From contig OX337242.1 in NCBI GenBank assembly GCA_946965045.2, positions 2,170,001 through 2,234,000 of the forward strand: 64,000 nucleotides of DNA, written 5' to 3'. A program made the position numbers and the translations under genes. The notes under the pieces are model-generated. The model saw only the letters and a list, made by a program, of their open reading frames with translations, was not told the DNA's origin and did no database searches. Of this stretch, positions 57,001-64,000 are shown in pieces (the first letter of the stretch is position 1; each line of letters starts with the position of its first letter). Source of the stretch: Epithemia pelagica. Lineage: Eukaryota; Protista; Bacillariophyta.

Positions 57001-57832
57001 ATGACCACAGTACCTCCTCGCGACGTGGCTTGTGCGTGGCAGCCGCAGATATGCGAAAGCCGTCCCCCCTGTTGCGGATTGTCTCAGTATTCAGCCATGT
57101 GCATCGGGGATTACGGGCTGTTTTGATCCGTGTAATGACACTGGTGGACCCGGTCCAATTGGAATCATTTTCTTTTTTGTCATTGCCATTGTGATTTTCA
57201 AGTTCTTTTTGCTTTTGGGGGGCGCCACACGACGTGCGGGACGTCTTTTGAGTGGAAACGGCGAACACAAGTGCTTTCTCCTGGCTCCGGATACTACTAC
57301 GACAGAACAAGGTCAAGACACGACGGAGAGCAACACCGTGGTTCAGCAAAACATGCAAGATATCCAAACTCACATGGACGACAATACCACCTTTTCTACC
57401 GAGACGCTCCGTAACCTCTATGCCTCCTTGTTGTCGGGTTTGGTTGGGACGATCGATGTTTCGGAAATGGAACACATTCAGTTGCCTCGTCAGTCGGGAG
57501 AATTCCTCTTTGATGATATTGCTGCCTGTACTTCCTCCAACTTTGCGACCGCATCAGGAGAGGCCTGTGTGACGGCCAACAATGTCTTGGACTTTCTCAA
57601 CATGTTTTACGGAGGCACCGAATTGGTCGACCCCGACTTGGCCCAACGCATTCGTACCGCGAGTGGATCGGACTCGTGTTTCACGCGGACCGAATTTGAA
57701 GCCGCCTTTAGTACGGCGGGGACTCTCTCGGGAGCCTTTGCCAACATGCAGACGACGGATCCGTCCATGGTCGTGTCCATGGCGTTGGGTGTGGGAACGG
57801 CTCTTGTTGCCTCTGGCTTTTCATGGTTTTAA
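57001..57832 (+). CDS. Hypothetical membrane protein; 5' end uncertain (possible frameshift at C6 run 57064-57069)
   Basis: 266-codon frame with a TM segment (IGIIFFFVIAIVIFKFFLLL) and hydrophobic C-terminus; upstream ATG at 57001 is in another frame. Confidence 0.6.
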
Positions 57833-58615
57833 AGAAACAGCACCCTCGTCTACTCTGCATGTGTCCGTACTACATATCATTTTCGGCATCACCGTGAGAT
57901 TGCTGTTTTATACCTGCCATTGCGGTCCAAAATGTCAAGGATCGCTCAACAAGCATACGAGACATACTAATATACAGAACAAATCAAATAAGCTAGCCGT
58001 TGCATTCAATGGGATCGATAGCAGCAGCCGCACGCACCTTACTAGGGAAACCATTTCACTGTTTCTGATTGGTCGTCTGAACTTGTATTGTATAGGAGAC
58101 ATCGCAAGGTAGTTCCATTGAAGGAATGGCGCACCTCCTCCTCATCAAAGGAAGTGACTCCTTCAAGTAGTTCCCCACGTCCTGTGGGTAGAGGCGTCTA
58201 GTTTCTCGGTGATGGGGTAGTCACTTGTCGGTGTGGTAGGAAAAGGCGGAATAAGAGCCCATGCCTCTCCATACGACACCAAACTGTTCTGGACCCTCAC
58301 CAAAGAAATTCAGATCCTACAACCGCAGCAAAGGTTTTCCTTTCGCAGTGGCTGTCACCACCACTGCCACCAACACCACGACGGAGTAACGAGTGAAGAC
58401 AATTTTCTCAAGCACCCGTGTTCTTGTTGCCAGTCTTCGTTTCGCTTGTTGTATAGCGTTGCTGTTGTTCTTGTTAGGTAGTTCGTGACATTGCTGTTGC
58501 TGTGCATTTTTGATTCATGCCGTTCTTGTTGTTTCGTGACATTGTTGCTGCTGCTGTGCGTTTGGATTCATGACGTTGTGGTTGTTGTGGTTGTTGGTCG
58601 TTGTTGTGGCAGTGA

Positions 58616-58997
58616 TTAGGACCGTTCATCATCCACCAATGCGACAATGGCTCCCGTAATCATGGTGGTCATGAGAATGAGATATCCTCCCGTCCTCAAG
58701 GCTCCCGTCGAAGGAGGAGAGATTGGTGGTGGTGGTGGTGGTGTCGTAGTGTTGGTACGCAGATTGGTGGCCAATGGAGGAGTGGACGTTGTGGTGGTTG
58801 TTGTGGTTGGCGATTCCTCCTCCTCCTCGTCGTCCTCTCCGTCCAGGTTTGGTGCCGTCGTGCTGGTCTCGAGGAGCGTTGTCGTTGTAGTACCCTCCTC
58901 CGGCTGGTGGTTTTGTGGCAGTACCTCTGTGGCATTGGTACTGTTGCGATGCTCCTCCTCTGGCAGGGCTGGAACCGATGCGTCCGTCACGACACTC

Positions 58998-59031
<34 letters not shown>

Positions 59032-60241
59032 GGTGGTCGTTGTGTGAGACTCCGACACTTGTGCTGGTAGTAGTAGTTGTTGTCGTGTTTCCAGCGGCCT
59101 CGACCAGGTCCTTCGTGTCGTCCTTCTTCTTCTGGTCCTCGATTGGTGGTGGTGTCGTCGTCGTCATGGTGGTGTCGTTGTTGTTGTTGTGGTCGTGGTC
59201 CGTTGGGTGATTTTGGGGATTGTTCGGGTGAGGAGGAGGACACAAAATGGCTGTGAGGTCGTCTTGCCCAAACCAGTGTCGATATCCTTCGGTACTGGGT
59301 GTCTGAAAACAATTGTTGGCATTCCACCACGACCAGGGATTCTTGGAGGAAGATGATTCGTCATTATCATTATCATTGAGACTGTGCAGGGCATTGACAA
59401 AGGACAATTGAAAGGATGAGGATGGAGGCGATGGTTGTGTTTGTGTTGTTGTTGTTGTTGTGGATTGGGTGGTGAGGATGAGGGACTCTTGATACCATTG
59501 AAATTGGTAGACCAACCATTCCAATTGAAAGGCCAATTCCCAATAGACTGGACGAGGACAGTGCCAGGGTGGATCCGTCATTGTGGTGGTGCTGCTGGTG
59601 GTGGGTGTCGGACTCGTACACTTGTCGTCCTGGTTGGTTTGTTGTTTGTGATTGTCACTCCTGGTGGGTGGCATGCCATAGCCGGTCAACACCACATGAG
59701 CGTGGGGCAATTGTTTTTGAATCAAGGCCACCACATCCCAAATCCGTGCCACCACAACAATGGGATCCAAGCGACAGGCCGTTTCCATCAAATCTTGCCA
59801 TCCCAAGGACAACCACACCACGACCGTCGTCGTCGTCGTACTGTCGTCGGATGGTGATTGGTGTCGATTCAAAATGCCTTGGACCAACCCCGATCCAGCT
59901 CGCAACCAATCTTGGGCCGACGTATCTCGAATGCCTTCATTCACGACTTGGAATACGACGGGAGGAGGGTCCAGGTCGTCCTCGTGAGGTTGTGGTGGTG
60001 GTTGTGGTTGTCCACACACTTGATACAAGACGGATCCATCTCCCATGGATTCGGCCCACGAATCACCCAGCAACAAGACCTTATGAATGTGTGATGGTTG
60101 TGGTGGTGGTACTTGTTGTGCTGTGGCAGTGCCGCAGCCAATCCGTATTTGTGCCCAAGGACCAGCCGCCAAGAACCACAGCCACCCTACCAGCGTCCAC
60201 CGACTTCCCCCACGTCGTCGTGTCATTTCGCGTGCCGCCAT
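58616..60241 (-). CDS. SGNH/GDSL-hydrolase-like surface protein with Thr-rich stalk and C-terminal anchor
   Basis: Signal-like N-terminus; LLLGDSWAE (block I), NEGI (II), LSLGWQD (III); poly-Thr/Asn stalk; hydrophobic C-terminus. Confidence 0.75.
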
Positions 60242-60842
60242 TGTTCCTCCGATCTATCTCCTCTCGTTCCTCGTCCACAACAAACAACAAAAACACCTCG
60301 AAGAGGAAAAAAAGTGTTCTGTGAAAGACTCCACACAAAAACAATGAGAAGCTCGGAAGCTTTGGGAATACAGACAATCCTACTACAACACTACAATATG
60401 GGGCACAGCAGATGGACCTTCGCTTTGCTCTCGCCGGCCGGCTCGATTCCCAAGCTAGCTACTCCCAAGAAGTGTGTTTTAGACTCCGCCATGCCCTTTT
60501 TTGAGTAGCTGAGCCTGTACAAATATGAAACGTTAGGAAGTGTAATTTCAATTTTTGACTACCTACATATCCGTGCAATACGTAGGTACACCTCTCTCTA
60601 GTTACAACGACCAGGTTGTGGAGAGGAGACCATCCTCCCGTTCCTTGTCACCAAATTTTTGACTACGGATACATTGCTTATGTACAAGTAGGACTAGGTA
60701 GGTGTCCCTTTGGACACATCATTTCCGCAGGTACACCTCTCTAGTTACGACAAATGGTTCGAGACCAAGTTCCTATTGGTTGTTGAGAAGAGACCATCCT
60801 CCTGTTGGTTGTCGTGTTATACTATCTAGGATAATACGACGC

Positions 60843-62165
60843 TCAGGTTTCGGTAATTTCCATCTTGACGCCCTCCAGGGTGCCATCCTTGCTGGTATCG
60901 CGATTGACACATTTCCGATACAAGTCTCGAAATTCGGCAATCGTTTCCGGTGTGGTGAATTGCGTATCCAACACGTCCATATCCTCATCCGACAAGGTAA
61001 AATCCAAAACGTTGGCATTTTCCACCATGCGACTGGGTTGCAGCGATTTTGGTGTATGGCAAAAACCATGTTGAATGCACCAACGACCCAAAATTTGCGC
61101 CACGGTCCGAGTCGACGACGTGTTGTTGTCCTTGGAGAGGGGATATTTGGCGGCAATCGATTGCAATAGAGGATCTTGCATGGCCTTGCCATTGCGCAAG
61201 GATCGGTAGGCTTGCAAGACGACGCCTTCTTGTTGAAAGAGACCAATGGTTTTGGATCGATACAAGAAGGGATTGATTTCAATTTGATTTACCAAGGGCA
61301 AATCGTCGTCACCAATGTCGGGATCCTTTTTTAACTCCAAATAATCTTCCCAGGCATAATTGCTCACACCAATGCCTTTGATCAGGCCTTGATTGCGCAA
61401 TTGAATCAAGGTTTTGTAGGCCGCCACATGATGGCCCGGTACCGGCCAATGAATGAGATACAAGTCCAAATAGTCGGTTTGCAAGGCTTGCAAGGTGGAT
61501 TGCAATTGCGCTTGAATGGCATCGGCCCCTTGTTCGATGGTGGTCGTCCACACTTTGGAACATACAAATAGTTGATTGCGGGGAATGCCACTGGCTGCCA
61601 TGGCCTGACCGACTTGGACTTGATTGCCATAAAATTCGGAACATTCCAAAAAGCGATAGCCGGCTGTTAGGGCATCGGCAATGCAATCTTGCGCATTGCG
61701 TTGTTCCGGAACGTCCGTTGTACCCGCCGCGACGGCACTACTCGCCGAGGCGGGAATCACACCCACCTTGTAGGTTCCAAATCCAATCAAGGGATGTGCC
61801 ATGCCATTGCGCAAGGGCACCGTCGGTACCTCCAACAAACGTTGGGTAATGGCTTCCGAAGACGACGACGACGACGACGACATGGCACGACACGTTCTCA
61901 AACCAATGGTTGGACGGTTTGGAAACGGAATCCAAGAGAGTTGGTTGCTACAGCCCGCAAAAACACAACAACGACCAGGACTGGGAAACTGTCGTGGTGC
62001 AAAGGATGATACGGAACGACCAACGACGAGGAGCATGAGAAGCACCACACGGAACCAACTCCACTGCTGGTACGCAAGCGGGGTGTGGAAAAAGCAAGTA
62101 GAAGAAGAAGAAGAGGCAAGGGACGATTCGCGTTGAGGAAGTGACAACGGCTTCGCGTCTCCCAT
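60843..62165 (-). CDS. Aldo-keto reductase, probably plastid-targeted
   Basis: IGFGTY, FYGN, SKVW, DLYLIHWP, IGVSNY, NQIEINPF, PKS, DFTLSDEDM; bipartite-like VSS-FAP motif after a hydrophobic stretch. Confidence 0.92.
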   Translation of the reverse strand: MGDAKPLSLPQRESSLASSSSSTCFFHTPLAYQQWSWFRVVLLMLLVVGRSVSSFAPRQFPSPGRCCVFAGCSNQLSWIPFPNRPTIGLRTCRAMSSSSSSSSEAITQRLLEVPTVPLRNGMAHPLIGFGTYKVGVIPASASSAVAAGTTDVPEQRNAQDCIADALTAGYRFLECSEFYGNQVQVGQAMAASGIPRNQLFVCSKVWTTTIEQGADAIQAQLQSTLQALQTDYLDLYLIHWPVPGHHVAAYKTLIQLRNQGLIKGIGVSNYAWEDYLELKKDPDIGDDDLPLVNQIEINPFLYRSKTIGLFQQEGVVLQAYRSLRNGKAMQDPLLQSIAAKYPLSKDNNTSSTRTVAQILGRWCIQHGFCHTPKSLQPSRMVENANVLDFTLSDEDMDVLDTQFTTPETIAEFRDLYRKCVNRDTSKDGTLEGVKMEITET

Positions 62166-62722
62166 GGTACAACGAACGTGAGGCTGTTTTTGAAAAAAAA
62201 AAAGATCCACTTGCACAAGATTTCTGGTGTGACGCATCTCGAGTCCTGTTTCCTCGGGAACCAAACTTGGCTTGCGCGAAAGAAGGATTTTGGTCTTGTT
62301 CGTTGTGGGGTGTCTGTCTTGTTTTACTCCCAAGAGTCCCCTGGTGTCTGGTGTGACGACTCGTGGCTGGCATGGACAATCAAGAATCACGAGACAGTTG
62401 AGAATTGGGAATTGGTTCAAGATTCCCCTTAACGCGGCAGAGGTGGAATGTGATTGAAGCAGACCTGCTTGAACTATGCTATTTTGTTCGCATCGTGACT
62501 CCTCCTTCAGTCTTTGATGCCTGTGTGTGCCTCTTCTTTCAAGGCATGGTTCTGTCAGAACAACAGACCCAAACGACAGAAAAGAAGGAATCAACCATCA
62601 TTGAGAAGAATAGAGAGAGGCATTCCAACAGAACGACACGTTCCAATCCATGGCGTCGTAGTGCCTTCCTCTGGATTGTTGCAAGTAGAGATTGAAGAAG
62701 AACAACAACGTCACAAACAGCC

Positions 62723-63808
62723 ATGTTGAATCGTAGCAAGAGCAATCGTGCTACAGGTCCTCGATATTACCACCACCATCAATCGTTGCCCCAGAATCCG
62801 GACGGGTCGGCACCACACCCCGCCGAAGACGTGTCGGAAAGTGCCTTGTGGATGGAAGAAAAACTCTTGTGGTCTTGCATTGCACGCAATGATGTCATGC
62901 TGGCCGAAGTGGGAGAAGATCCCTTTGAGGGTGCCGTCGTGGAAACGGCACGTCTCTTGTTGGACAAGAAACATACACCGGGATGGGAATTTTGTACCTA
63001 CAAACCACACAACAACAGCAACAAACAGCACCAGCCCCAATCGGCGGCGGGCGACGACGATGTCTCCTTTCCATCTCCCCCCACCGTGCAACGACATATT
63101 CCCCGACTCAAGGGCATCAAGTTTCATGTGTACGAAAACTCGGATGAAATGTACGATTGCTGTTCCTATCATCATCAGGGTGGTAATCATGGTCCCATTG
63201 TGTGGGTCTTTGCGGCCGTCTACAATCCCGAAGCCTGGGAAAATTACAATGACATTATTGTCGATGTCAAGAATTTTATTCAAAAGATTGAAGGATTGAC
63301 CGCCCTGCCGCGATTGTGCGATCCGGCCTGGCGCAAGGGACCTCCCCTCTCCTGTCAAGTCAGTTTTGCCGCCATTTTGTTGCAACGCATGCAAGAAGTC
63401 ACCTATTACGGCAAATGGGCTCGGATGCAACAATCCCTCTACGACAGTAGTGCCAATGTCATTATGCAGGACAATATTACGGCCATTTTGGAATACGAAG
63501 ATCGCTTTTGCGAATTTGAACAACGAAGTTTTTCCAACACTAGTAGTAGCAGCATCGCCTTGGATGGCCCCAGTCCCGTCGTTCCCCGACGTGTCCGGCA
63601 AAAAATGATGCGACAAGAACGACAATTGATTCGGGCGCAAAAACGACAACAAAAACAGCAGCAACAACAACAACTGGCCCGGTCCACCACCAGGGCCATG
63701 CGACGCAAGGCACTCATGCAAAGTGCCAAATATGGAGCCTTGATTGGATCGGCCGTCACGGCCGCCGTGGCGGTGTGTATTGCCACACCCCTCATTGCCG
63801 TCTTGTAG
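62723..63808 (+). CDS. Divergent longin-domain R-SNARE-like (VAMP7-like) protein
   Basis: LLWSCIARNDVMLAE (longin beta1), IMQDNITAIL (synaptobrevin-like), C-terminal TM helix. Confidence 0.7.
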   Translation: MLNRSKSNRATGPRYYHHHQSLPQNPDGSAPHPAEDVSESALWMEEKLLWSCIARNDVMLAEVGEDPFEGAVVETARLLLDKKHTPGWEFCTYKPHNNSNKQHQPQSAAGDDDVSFPSPPTVQRHIPRLKGIKFHVYENSDEMYDCCSYHHQGGNHGPIVWVFAAVYNPEAWENYNDIIVDVKNFIQKIEGLTALPRLCDPAWRKGPPLSCQVSFAAILLQRMQEVTYYGKWARMQQSLYDSSANVIMQDNITAILEYEDRFCEFEQRSFSNTSSSSIALDGPSPVVPRRVRQKMMRQERQLIRAQKRQQKQQQQQQLARSTTRAMRRKALMQSAKYGALIGSAVTAAVAVCIATPLIAVL

Positions 63809-64000
63809 TAGTAGACGACGCAACACAACACAACAACAATAAGGAAAAGAAACCCTCTGGATGGACGAGTATAAATTCATGAAGGTTCTGACGAAAACGT
63901 TAGGGTTACGTGTCTCGTGGTGTGCGACCAGGGAGTGTATGTACCGAGGGGCATTGTACGAATGGATCCACTGGATTCGTTTCAGACGTTTTGTCTGGAT

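Noticed and set aside
58480-58575. ~50-bp tandem duplication downstream of the SGNH-like gene
   Set aside because: Two diverged copies in GTT-rich sequence; ordinary slippage.
60588-60815. Diverged direct repeats (ACACCTCTCT..AGTTAC, GAGACCATCCTCC) between convergent-region genes
   Set aside because: Short and degenerate, no TIR or TSD found.

Overview
Eukaryotic nuclear DNA, most likely a pennate diatom (CoDi-type copia element, short GT-AG introns, ASAFAP-like plastid-targeting motifs, AAC/ACA low-complexity coding tracts). Main contents: (1) an intact, apparently very young 8.4-kb Ty1/copia LTR retrotransposon (3143-11527, TSD CCTGT) with an extra ORF before gag-pol, a chromodomain-like integrase tail and a primer-binding site that matches a tRNA-Asn anticodon arm rather than a tRNA 3' end; (2) a disrupted kelch gene, kinase remnants and a frameshifted 5'-nucleotidase/class-C GPCR fusion; (3) a ~6.3-kb duplication (24563-30838 / 38192-44504) around a 7.35-kb unique spacer that holds a two-ORF PIF/Harbinger-like transposon (ATT TSD) and a gene with 4 x 127-aa Cys-rich repeats; (4) a spliced selenoprotein K gene (in-frame TGA, ...GG-U-GR stop, candidate SECIS) that the ORF track misses, plus a truncated Sec-less duplicate; (5) a gene-dense right part with a saccharopine-dehydrogenase-like gene, a P-like MITE, an SDR, a Crinkler-like restriction-endonuclease-fold gene, ESF2, an SGNH-like surface protein, an aldo-keto reductase and a divergent longin R-SNARE. 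All family assignments come from motif recognition by eye; no searches were run.
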